Shown piece after piece: positions 1 to 11,088 of a stretch of 64,000 bases of DNA. The notes under the pieces are model-generated. The model saw only the letters and a list, made by a program, of their open reading frames with translations, was not told the DNA's origin and did not search any database. The stretch's first letter is position 1. The number at the start of each line of letters is the position of its first letter. A program made the position numbers and the translations under genes. This DNA is from Cetorhinus maximus (Eukaryota), in the NCBI RefSeq assembly GCF_964194155.1, contig NC_135885.1:128464001-128528000 (forward strand), written 5' to 3'.

Positions 1-138
1 CTTCTCCTTGTCTTCTAGTCCCTACTGTTTGTTAAAAGCCTCTAATCTTGATTCTGTAAATTGCTGGTCTGCTGATTCAATAAGACCAATCATTTCTGTC
101 CACAGCACTTCAAATACTGCTTTTCCTACTCGCCCAGC

Positions 139-270
139 CCATTGGAGGAAGTGCAATGGAGGGTCACCAGATTAATCCCTGGGATGGCGAGATTGTCTAA
201 TGAGGTGAGATTGGGGAGACTGGGTCTGTATTCCCTACAGTTTCGAAGAATGAAGGGTGACCTCATTAAA
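139..270 (+). mobile_element. CR1 LINE 3' ORF2 fragment
   Basis: Translates EEVQWRVTRLIPGMARLSNEVRLGRLGLYSLQFRRMKGDLI, the typical CR1 ORF2 C-terminal motif. Confidence 0.85.
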
Positions 271-2104
271 GGGGGCCCAAATCGTTTTACTGGGAAAAAG
301 GTGCAAGGTGTTACAACTTGGAGACAATGACAGCAACCTGTGTGGTAACTGTGAGGCCCGGAATTTTGGTCCCGAGATAGGTGTGCAGAATCTAGAAATT
401 TTCCAACTCGCCGCACCCGCCTCAGAGAAAAAGTGTCTCAAATTGTGGGCTATTTGTTTTGGGGTTGTGGGGGCGCAGATGTGTGCTGGAGTCGGGCCTG
501 CCTCTAGAAACAGTGTAGAGGTGGACACGGAGGCTGCTGAATGCCAAGGCGGGCTGGTTAAAAGATCCACCTCGGTTCTCTGAAAATTCATCCCACTTGT
601 GTCGTTCAATATGAGGTCCTCTAGTCCTCACCTCTCACACCCCACTTGAGTTCAATTCGACGTGGGTATTCCCAGCATTTTGTCAGGGCATCTTCTTATT
701 TCTGCCCCTCTCTGAATGCGAGCAACACCAGCCATTAGTACATTTCTTAGCGATCTTGGGCAGATATTAGCAATTGCTGATATGGCTCACAAATTTTAGA
801 TGTTAATTATCAGCACCTTCTTAGACCCCATCCTGTTTTGACAAGAGGTCTGTTCAAACACGCAGCCTACATTTTCAAACTGCACCAGTTACTATTCTCC
901 TGGAGCTACTTCACTTACTGCACCTTTAAAATTTACCTAGTTTGCTGCATTGTCAAAGACAGAGCCTTATCTTTCCAGCAAATCGGGACGAATGAATCAG
1001 TAAAACTATTATTAGTAAATTAATCCATGATAATCTTATCCGATATCTTAAGGAAACAAAATTCTTATCACATCATGCGACATTCATTTCACGCTGCTTC
1101 CTTCAGGACTGTAATCATCCGTCCTTAGCTCTGCAATTTGCAAGCATTCACAGTTTAGCTTATATTTGACATATCCTGGCCTACCTCACAAGCCACAATT
1201 TATTCTTGTACACATATTATTGCTGAATAATTGTTATTAAAAAAAAATAGAGGGGAGAAAGCTTATTTCATCCCTTTAGAGCAGTGGGGGCCAGGTGTCG
1301 CGTGAGCTTTTCAGAAAGGCTTTTTAAAAAGTTGTCTCCTTATTCTGACACATCCCTCTGCAATTCTGCCATCACTCAACATTCCCCCCAGTACTAACGT
1401 TTCTTGGACCCCTTTCACAACTCTACCATATCTCACAATCCACCTCAGTCCAACCATATACCCTGGGTTCCCTTTCTCACTGTAGACATGTCTTAAGGCA
1501 CTGCACCCCCAGATCCATCCACCCCACCGCCCACTTCAGGAAAAAAATTATTTGATCACCTTTCAAAAATTATGCAATTAGCATAATATTGTGTTGAAAT
1601 TGCATAAATGAGTCCAGCCAGAAAGAATAAGTTCATGTCACTGGATAGTCAATGTCAAATCAGTGCGGATAATAATGTATGTAGGATTGAAACAGGCAGT
1701 GAAATTGAGGTTTTATGTTCTTCAGGTAAATTAGGGGTAGTCTTAACAATTATATTGCAGATTAAAACCTCTCAATTTTTTTTCATGAAAGGTATTCATG
1801 TAAACTTTAAACATGCGTACATTTATGTGGTTGTACAAGACTTTGAGACAGGAATGTGATTCAGGGATGGTGACAACTTGCCTTACAAATGGAAATTAAA
1901 TATTGAGACACTGATTAGTCACAAATGAAATTCAGGAATTTGGAATGAACTGCAGGCAAGTTTTGAAAATGCTTATGGAAGTAACTGAAGGAAAAAGTGA
2001 GGAAATTAAGTCAGGAGTTTGATGTAACCAGAGGATAAGGTCGAAGTGTTGGTAGAAATGGGGACATTTAAAAATGAATCTGTGAGATAAGCTATTGATT
2101 GTGA

Positions 2105-3210
2105 AAAGAAAGAAAGATTTGCATTCATATAGTGCTTTTCACAAACACCAGGGGCAGGATTTTCCCTTCGTCGGGCAGGCGCGGTGGGTGGGCACGGGAA
2201 CGGCGGTGAAACACATCGTCGCCCGCGATGGGGTTCGGGTTTCACGCTGGCTGACCAATTAACGGCCGGCCAGTGTGAAACGCGCGGTGAGAGCCTAAGC
2301 GCTGCCGGGGTGGGGGCTGGAAGTGCGTGAGCGCTGAAGCCTGTGCATGCGTGGGCGAGCACGCACTGAAATCTCCCTGAAGGCACAGAGCTGCCTCAGG
2401 GAGCTGAAGAATTTTAAAATGAAAAAATAAATATTTTACAAATGACATAAACATGTCCCCACATGTGACTCAGTCACATGAAGAGGAACACGCTAAAAAT
2501 TATGTTAAAAATGTTTTACTGTTTTCTTATTTACTGTTAGAAACCTCATCCCATCTTTGGATGAGGTTTCGTACAAAATGCAAAGGCCACCTGGCCTATT
2601 CACCTGCCCGCCAACCTTAAGGTTGGATGGGCAGCAATAAAAACCTTTCAATTACTTTCTTCAGGGCTTTAATAGGCTCCTTAATTGTCGGCAGGTGCGC
2701 TACCAACTTTCGTGCGCAACCGCCAACTGAGACATAACGCGAGCGCACGATGATGTCGGGAAGCTTGCCCGATGCCATCGCGCACTATTTTACTCCCAAT
2801 CGGGTTTTCACCCTGCCCGCAGGATGAAAAATTCTGCCCCAGATGTCTCAAAATACTTTCCAACTAATTAAATGCTTTTGAAGTGTAGTCACTGCTGTAA
2901 TGTAAGAAATACAGAGCCAATTTGCGCACAGCAAACAGACAAAAGCAGCAGAGCGATAATGATCAGATAATCCTGATAAATACTCACCAGGACAGGGATA
3001 ACACCCCGACTCTTCCTCATGGGATCATTTACATCCACCTGAGCCGGCAGATGGGTTTCACTTTGGTCCTTCTTAGGACACCACCTCTGACAGGGCAGCA
3101 CTCACTCAGTGCTGCACTGGTGTGTGAGCCTTGATTTTTGTGCTCAAGCCCTGGAGTGGGTCTTCACCTTGTGCCTCTGAAGTGAGCGTCAGCCACTGAG
3201 CTACAGCTGA
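2105..3210 (-). mobile_element. Deu-domain tRNA-SINE (SacSINE1-like), split by a MITE
   Basis: Reverse strand shows a tRNA-like head near 3150-3210, the Deu core (GCTGTGCGCAAATTGGCT...CAGTGACTACACTTCAAAAG) and the tail ATGAATGCAAATCTTTCTT. The sequence resumes across the 2152-2839 insertion. Confidence 0.85.
2152..2839. mobile_element. Non-autonomous Harbinger-type MITE
   Basis: TIRs GGGCAGGATTTT / AAAATTCTGCCC; 3-bp TSD CAG (2149-2151 and 2840-2842); no coding capacity. Confidence 0.9.
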
Positions 3211-5912
3211 GCTTGGCCACATAAGGCTGATTGTGAAAGTGAGAGGTACTAAATTAGGAAAGACATCAGGAATGAAAGGTCAACCTGGGACTAGGCTGTG
3301 ACAGATTATGGGGATAATTTGGGGGTGACTGCTGATGGATATTGGCAAATTGAGTTAGGTCGTGTCTCTTGAGCTGAATATAGCTCCTCAGGGGGAGGTA
3401 GATCCCCAGGATCAAGAGTAACATTTTTAGACTTGTCATAAATCCCAGTTTTAACTCAGGTACGCTTGACCTAATGTATCTTTTGCCCTCTTCATTTTCT
3501 GCTCAATAGGGGCATGTGCGGTGGACTTAGTAGAATCTTCTGGGCCCACGTCGAGTGGGAAGCTTGGCAGGCGGGAGAACGTAATTTAGCAGGAAGCCAA
3601 GCATCAGTTTCCTGGCGGCGGGATGAACTTTTGCAATTCAGTCCTCGGAACCATAAAGGCAGATATTACTGACGAACAGTGTCAGGAAGTCCGTCAGCAT
3701 TCATTTTCATGCCATCCATGCTTATTAAAAGGCCAGCTCGCCTGAATTAAGTGCCCCTTCCAAATTAAGTTATCCGCCAGCAAGAAATTCGAACATTCAC
3801 AGTTATAGCGGCATATAAGTGGCTTGCATCGACTTCTTCCTGCACTTTGGAGTGAGCAGCCACTGCTTTGGCCTTCTTGGGTACCACTCATGAACGTCAG
3901 CCTCTTGATTGAGATTGGGTGCCAGCAGTCGAAGCTGCATGGAGGCTGGGCAAGGGAAGCAGGCTCAGGGGAGAAGGACAGGAGGGTGTCCAGGGAAAGA
4001 AGCCAGACTCTCCAGGGTCCAGGATAACAGGGGAGGTTGAAGAGTTACAGGAGAGAGAGGAATGACAAGGTGGCGATTGTGTAGGAGGATGGGGGGAACT
4101 TGATGGGTAACAGGAGTAAGGTAGAAATGCTTGATGCACCTGCAAACCTCACATGCACCATACTGAAGCTCTCAAGGTTGTTGCACAGTTCATAAAGCAT
4201 TTGAAATGGGAGGGGTTTCTTTCCAGGTGGGAGCAGTTAATGCCTAACTTTTTTAGCTGAGCAAAGAGGCTCGCTATTAATTATTAGTCTAGTTCATGGA
4301 GAACCAAGCTCAGCTGAGTTGTCCACTTGAGATTTCAAGACCCTATAAATCAGCATTGCTCCATGACTAATGAATCACATTTTAGTGAAAACCCATCAAA
4401 GTCTGGAGCTGCCAATCAGCTTTGTGCTGATTGGCATCTGCTGCTGTCAGAGGGAGGGGTGAAGAGAGGGAGGAAGGGAGGGAGGTGGGTGCCTCCAAGG
4501 GGCATGTGTGGTGGACGGCAGCAAAGTTCTGACTCCAAACTCCTGGGTAAATGGCCACAGCTGATAGAGCTTGTGCGGATAGTCTTTCGATGATGCCAAG
4601 CCAATGGTGTCTCTATAGAGTCTTGAGGGTAATGGAGGCAAACTGAATTGTCTGAGGGAGGGTTGTTGCACGTGGCTGTGATTGCCCAGGTAAATGTGCA
4701 CGGGGACATTGTGCAATCATGTATGAATGGGGGGGAACACTTATCTGTAGTCCTCCAGGATGTCTTTCACTAGGAGGTGGGCTGGGGATGCCATGTCTAG
4801 ATGGATGCCAGTCACAGGGCTTCACATTGGCTTAAAGGCTCAAAGATAGAGGTTAAACTACAGAAGATATATTCACTAAATGGATCACTGCAATTTATTC
4901 ACAGATCCACTCACACATAGATGATGCAGGCTCTAGGGAGCACTGCCTTTCTACTGGCTCTGGTACAGATGAGCAGGAACAGGCACAGGTTAACCCAGGG
5001 CCAGGAGGAGCAACGGCCAGACCAGCAAGAGGCTGCGGAGCTCAAAGACATCAGGATGTTGTTGATCAGGAGCCAGTGCGGTAGATAACATTGGGCCGAA
5101 CTTAGGCATATCACAGACAGTTCAGCTACCTGCAGATGAGTGAAAGGCAATTCAAGAGGTGTCTGAGGATATCCCGGAATATGATTGATCACATATTCCA
5201 GCTGCTCCATGAAAACCTGCATCTACAAGGACTTGGAGGTAAGCCCATGCTGGTGGCATTAAAGGTCTCCATGGCCCTAAACATCTTTGCCACTGGCTCC
5301 TTCCAGGACTCCACTAGGAACCTCTGCGGCATTTCCAAGTCAGCCACGCACAAGTACAACCAAGAGGTGACAGATGCCCTCTTCAGGAGAGAGCACCAAT
5401 TTGTCCAATTCTGCTTGGATCCCAAAAGCCAGTCAGCCAGGGAATTAGGTTTTGCAGCAAACACAGGATTGCCGCAAGTGTAAGGGGCTAGTGACGGCAC
5501 ACATGTGGCCTTGAGAGCTCCCTGGCATCAGCCAGTCACATTCGTCAACAGAAATGGTTTCCACTCATTGAACATGCAGCTGATCTGTGATAACAAAGGA
5601 CAAATCCTGCACGTTTGTGCTTGGTTCACAGGAAGCTCTCATGATATCTATATTCTGAACCACCCCCAGATTCCACAAGTTTCTGAAGGATGGGGGTGAT
5701 TGCAGCACTGACTCCTTGGGGGCAAGGGATACTCCCAGGAGACCTGGCTGATGATGTCAGTTTGCTGTCCGTAGAGTTCCACTGAGGAGAGCTGCAGTGT
5801 CGCAAATACCTCTGCAAGGGCTACCATTAAGCAGATGATCGACTTCCTAAAGATGAGGTTCAGATGTTTGGACCGCTCAGGTGGGGAACTCCAAAGCTCC
5901 CCACAGAGAGTG

Positions 5913-6023
5913 ATTCTGATCAATCCTGATGAAGAGTCGTATTAGACTTGAAACGTTAACTCTGTTTCTCCCTCCACAGATGCTGCCAGACCTGCTGAGT
6001 TTTTCCAACAACTTCTGTTTTTA
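5913..6023 (+). mobile_element. Short Penelope-like 3' end with hammerhead motif
   Basis: Matches the terminal segment of the longer Penelope copies (GAAACGTTAACTCTGTTTCTC...GACCTGCTGAGTTTTTCC). It interrupts the transposase. Confidence 0.8.
5922..5961 (+). ncRNA. Minimal hammerhead ribozyme motif (intact core, broken stem I)
   Basis: CTGATGA-A-GAGTC[GTATTA]GACTT-GAAA-CG-TT-AACT. Confidence 0.65.
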
Positions 6024-6580
6024 TCACACCTGGGGTATTGTGTGCAGTTTTGCCATCCTTACCTAAGAAAGGATATATTTGCCATAGAAAGAGTGCAGCG
6101 AAGATTCACCAGACTGATTCCTGGGATGGCAGGGTTGTCATATGAGGAGAGCTAAGGCCGACTAGGCCTGTATTCACTGGGGTTTGGGAGAAAGAGAGGG
6201 GATCTCATTGATGTGTATAAAATTCAGACAGGGCTGGACAGACTGGATGCAGGGATGGTATTTCCTCTGGCTGGGTGTCTAGAACAAGGGGTCACAGTCT
6301 CAGGATATGGGGTAGGCCATTCAGGACTGGGATGAGGAGAAACCTCTTCAATCAGAGGGTGGTGAACTTGTGGAACTCTCTACCACAGATGACTGTGGAG
6401 GCCAAATCACTGAATATGTTTAAGAAGGAAATGGATTATTTTCTAGACCCTAAAGGCATCAAGGGGAGAGCGTGGGAGTATGGCATTGTGATAGAGGATC
6501 AGCCATGACCATATTAAATGACGGAGCAGGCTCGAAGAGTCGAATGAGCTACTCCTGCTCCTATTTTTCTATGTTTCTAT
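6024..6580 (+). mobile_element. CR1 LINE 3' fragment with tail
   Basis: SRTRGHSLRIWGRPFRTGMRRNLFNQRVVNLWNSLP, then a 3' UTR ending CTCCTGCTCCTATTTTTCTATGTTTCTA. Confidence 0.92.
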
Positions 6581-7437
6581 CCCAGATCATTGTTGTCTGC
6601 TGCACCTTGCACAACCTCGCGCAGCCAAAGGAGGGATATCTTGGCTGAGGGAGACATAGAGGACTGAGGTGTCTCCTACGATGATGAGGTCTGGGAAGGG
6701 GGTGGTGGTGACGAGGGCCAGGATGCCACAGAGGCACATGCAGAGGCTATTACAAGGGTACAATGCGACAAACAGGCCTGTGACAATATAATAGCTAATA
6801 GATTCCAGGGAGAGTAAGTTGCCAATATTTATTCTTGACAATTTGGTTTTTAATCCTCTGTTGGCTGGTCAGCCACAAATCCTTGTTTGCTTTCATGTAC
6901 CTTGATTTATGGCAGCTGAATTAAATTACACTACTTAATGTCAGCCCTACTGGTGATGCGATTCTTCGCGTGCACCGCACTGTGGTGATATTCGAACCTC
7001 TTACGACAAATGCATGCATCAGAATCTGCACAGCACACCCTTCTCCCGTGACCTCGGACACCTGGAGTAGAAATTAGATTTGTCCCATGCCCTCACACAG
7101 TCCTTATGCATGGCACATTGAAAGCAACATGAATTCTTACTTTGGCAGGGATACACTCATGTCATCCTCACACCTGCTCCCACTGGGGACTAGACTTCGC
7201 AAAGATCTCTTTCAGGTGAAACCAGAAACATTGGGTGCACATCATGAGTAGACCACCTGGCTCCTCAAGATTGCTCCTCCATGCACCTGGGTCAGTGAAG
7301 TTCTTGTAACTGAGCCCCTCTCGCCACTTGTCCATCGAAACCCCAGACCCTTGGCATCTTTATCATCCTGAAAGGTACCACCAGAAAAGTCCACTCAATG
7401 GCAATGCATCACCTGCACCATGGAGTTTAAAAAAATC

Positions 7438-8370
7438 TTTTTCTGATTTATTCATGGGATGTGGGCTTCGCTGGCCGGGACAGCATTTATTGCTCATCCT
7501 TAGTTGTCCTTGAGAAGGTGGTGGTAAGCTGCCTTCTTTAACTGCCGCAGTCCATGTAGTGTAGGTACACCCACAGTGCTGTTAGGGAGGAAGTTCCAGA
7601 ATTTTGACCCAGCAACAGTGAAGGAACGGCGATATATTTCCAAGTCAGGATGGTGAGTAACTTGGAGGGGGACTTCCAGATGACGGTGTTCCCATCGTTC
7701 TGCTGCCTTGCCCTTCTAGATGGTAGTGGTTGTGGGTTTGGAAGGTGTTCTTGAAGGAGCCTTGGTGAATTCCTGTAGTGCTTCTTGTAGATGGTACACA
7801 CTGCTGCCACTGTGCTTCGGTGGTGGAGGGAGTGAATGTTTTTGGATGTGGTGCCAATCAAGTGGGCTGCTTTGTCTCCTGGACAGTGTCCAGCTTCTTC
7901 AGTGTTGTAGGAGCTGCACTCATTCAAGCAAATGGAGCATAATCCATCACACTCCCGACTTGTGCCTTGTAGATGGTGGGCAGGTTTTGGGAGTCAGGAG
8001 GTGAGTTACTTGTCGTAGGATTCCTAGCCTCCGGCCTGCTCTTGTATCCACAGTATTTATATGGCTAATCCAGTTCAGGTTCAATGGTAACCAACAGGAT
8101 GTTGATAGTGGGGGATTCAGTGAAGGTAATGCCATTGAATGTCAAGGGACAATGGTTAGGTTCTCAATTGTTGGAGATAGTCATTGCCTGACATTTGTGT
8201 GGTGCGAATGTTACTTGCCACTTGTCAGTCCAAGCCTGGATATTGTCCTGGCCTTGCTGCATTTGGACATGGCCCCCACAAAGCCCAGCACAAGGGCCCA
8301 TTCTACTCACTCTCACCTCATGGGATAATACCTTGGTCCTTTAATGATGCTTCAGTATCTGAGGAGTGGA
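7438..8370 (-). mobile_element. CR1/L2-group LINE (second family), 5'-truncated, inside Harbinger copy 1
   Basis: DKAAHLIGTTSKNIHSLHHRSTVAAVCTIYK; collinear with 12610-14250. Confidence 0.88.
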
Positions 8371-8799
8371 GGAGCAACCACTCATGACCCTCCAATTGTA
8401 GAGAAACCTACAAATCTCAGCTGGATTTCTGCGACTGTGTTCTGTCATTCCGGACACCTCAGCCAGATTAAATATCTTTCCTGCTGGGGTGTTGTAGAGC
8501 CCTGCAAGAGCTCTTGGTGCTTCATTTAGATAGCCTTTCAGTCCTCTGCAAGGCCCAGTACAAGGGCCCATTCTACTCACTCTCACCTCATGGGATAATA
8601 CCTTGGTCCTTTAATGATGCCTACAACACCTTGGTTACAATCCCTTTATGCAAGGTCTCTGCCAACCGTTGATAAGGGCTCAAGCAGGCCAAACAATTCT
8701 CCACGTGAGGTTTCATAAAAGCCTGCAGTTGACTGCAGTAATTCTACACTCAATGCCTTTATGAGTGTTACTTTTCAGTGAGTCGATGGTGCCACTTAC

Positions 8800-9042
8800 C
8801 TTGGCAGAGTGCATCAGATCAATCATCCTTTTTCTGCACTGCTGTCTCATTCTTTTGTGAGCCTCATGGGCACTAATCTCCATTGCAATCCTCGCCCAGG
8901 CCACCATGGTCAGATGGGAGAACTTCCTGCTGCCATCCCTAGGGACCAGGACCCCTCGTTTTTTTTTCCTGGCGGCCTGGAGAAGAATCAGCAGGGAAGC
9001 ATCACTGAACCAAGGGGCTACACATTGTCTGCTCTGAGGCAT
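8800..9042 (-). pseudogene. Harbinger Myb/SANT (trihelix) gene, exon 1, copy 1
   Basis: MPQSRQCVAPWFSDASL...AWARIAMEIS...QQCRKRMIDLMHSAK followed by a GTAAGT donor (8794-8799). Confidence 0.8.
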
Positions 9043-10296
9043 TCTGGAGGTATATTCTGGAGCTCCTGGTTTGCAGTGAGTGGATGGCTGTCTTGGTGCC
9101 TTTTAAATGTGGCACCAGGAACTTCATCCCCCCCGCAACCTCCCCCACCCCCCAACCACCCAAGGCAAGGGCGGAGACAGCGACTTCCTACATGACCCAA
9201 TCGCGAGATTCATCAAGCTCCTTGCGCATGTATATAGTGCTGGAATCCATTTGACCAGCCCATCCACCCCCAAATGGAAGTTACTCTCACTTCCACTCCC
9301 GGCAACAAACTTGTACTCCAGGATGGAAGATATTGCCCCTTATATGGTACTTATAGGTAATGGAAGGATTAGACAGTGTGCTGAGTGACATGGGACATTC
9401 AATCAATGACTTAACAAAACTTTCAAAGGATAAAGTATATTGGCGAATTATGGTAATGGAGCATTAAAATGAATGAAAACCAAACTAAATTAAAAATGCC
9501 TTGGTCTAGCACTGCTTAACTATTCAGTTTGCCTATGATTAAATTACCAATTCAAAGGTAAGCAAACATTTGGAGAGTTAGATGTATAAATTCACTTCAG
9601 AAAGTCATAATGTAATAAAGTAAGAAGATTTAAATAGTAGACTCCCCTTCAAAATATTTATTTGTATCTCTACTATGTATTCAAATTTAGTTCAAATGCA
9701 TTTTACTCTAACTTTACAACATTTAGTCAGTTTGAAGCCAATGAGTAATTTTATTCATTCTAATCAGCATATTTGATTCCCATGTATTCCTTAAACATTT
9801 TTGTTCCCTCCCTTTCATTAAGAAGAGGGCAGTGGCTGTAAATACAATGACTTTTTTCTGATTAAATAAGCTTGCCACTTTGTCTGGGTAGCACTCGACA
9901 TCATTTATTAGCAAGTGTAAAAGGCCTGAGGTTGTGGAAGGCTATTTCTTATCCATGTACCTGTCAACTGATTAACAAGGTCCTCAAGGAATCTAAAATG
10001 TCCTGTTAGTGCTGATCACTGCACTTTTTTAAAAACTTTCATTACAAAAGTTAGTTTTTCTGGCTAATCTGTTTCCTTACACATTAAAACAACTGTCCTC
10101 TTCAAGGTCAGGCCGAACAATGTATAACATTGTACAAACATTATGTGATTTACCATTTGGCCAATCTACTTAGACAATCTCAAAAGATTCACCCACCCAC
10201 ATGATAACCATTGAGATACATTTTCCCAGAATATGTGGTATGTTACAAGGGTAAACAATTTTTAATGGACATGGATATCTTTCTGGGAGAAGGTCT

Positions 10297-11088
10297 GGGG
10301 TGAATTTTAACTCACAAAATCAGGTGGGTTGGGGTCAAGTGAAATGGTAAATTTTAAAAGCTTCAATCTTCCCCCTTCTGGGTTTAACAGAGGTGGGACA
10401 GGTCGGTTAGCCAACTTGCTCCCGGAGGTGGGTTAGCCATTTATATATTTTAATAAGGGCCGACAGGCTCAGCTTTTACCTGCTTAACAACATTAGCAGT
10501 TCTTCAGTCCTTCAGCACTATGCCTATAGTCAGATGATCAGAGTCTATGCTATTTCCTCTCCTGCTTCTCTCAGCAGACTGGGGTGCATTTCATCTGGGC
10601 CTGGCAACTCGTTCATTTTCAAAGATGTTAACCGACTCCCCCCCCACCCCCCACTTAATATTTCCTCCCAGGGAAACCTGGCAAGAGAAGGACAGCTTTA
10701 GGAAGAAGGTAAGTGCCTTAGGTCACAGCTCATTGGCCAGGACAAGCAGAAGTGCTTTCCTCTGGCATCACAAACTTACCATCTTCCTGCTGAGGATCAG
10801 ATCACACCTCCCGCCATCCTTGGGTTGAGGATCGAACCCCCTCCATGCTCCTAAAAGTGGGAGAGGGCTTCCTAGCTGTGGCTGCGGCCTACTCCAGAGC
10901 GCTCCCTGCTCACCCGGAGGCCAAGCCTGTCAAACAGACTGACTTCCTGATGAGGTACAAGGCAAAGAGAAATGTTGCATTGGTAGGTAGTTAAATCCAC
11001 AGCCTGTCTGAAACTCTGACACACCCACCCCACCTCTCACATCCTCCCCATTCAGCCTACACAAACCTCCCCTATGAATATCAAGGCC
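10297..11088. mobile_element. Degenerate Harbinger-type MITE
   Basis: Left end GGGGTGAATTTTAAC; right end reverse-complements to GGCCTTGATATTCAT; TCT on both flanks. Confidence 0.5.

Larger units (their letters stand above)
4921..6791 (+). pseudogene. Harbinger DDE transposase (HARBI1-like), disrupted
   Basis: Motifs ALNIFATGSFQ, DGTHVAL, NRNGFHSLNMQLICD, GSSHD, LKMRFRCLDRSGG, and IIVVCCTLHNLA after the 5913-6580 insertions. Contains stops, frameshifts and mutated catalytic residues. Confidence 0.9.
3530..9339 (+). mobile_element. PIF/Harbinger DNA transposon, decayed (divergent family, copy 1)
   Basis: Transposase on + and Myb/SANT exon on -, convergent. Right end GGAAGATATTGCCCC is TIR-like. 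The left end is degenerate, so the start is approximate. Confidence 0.75.

Noticed and set aside
355-760. TIR-like GGCCCGGAATTTT start; similar lone ends at 51339-51494 and 62108
   Set aside because: No convincing partner TIR with matching TSD; probably decayed MITEs, but boundaries cannot be supported.
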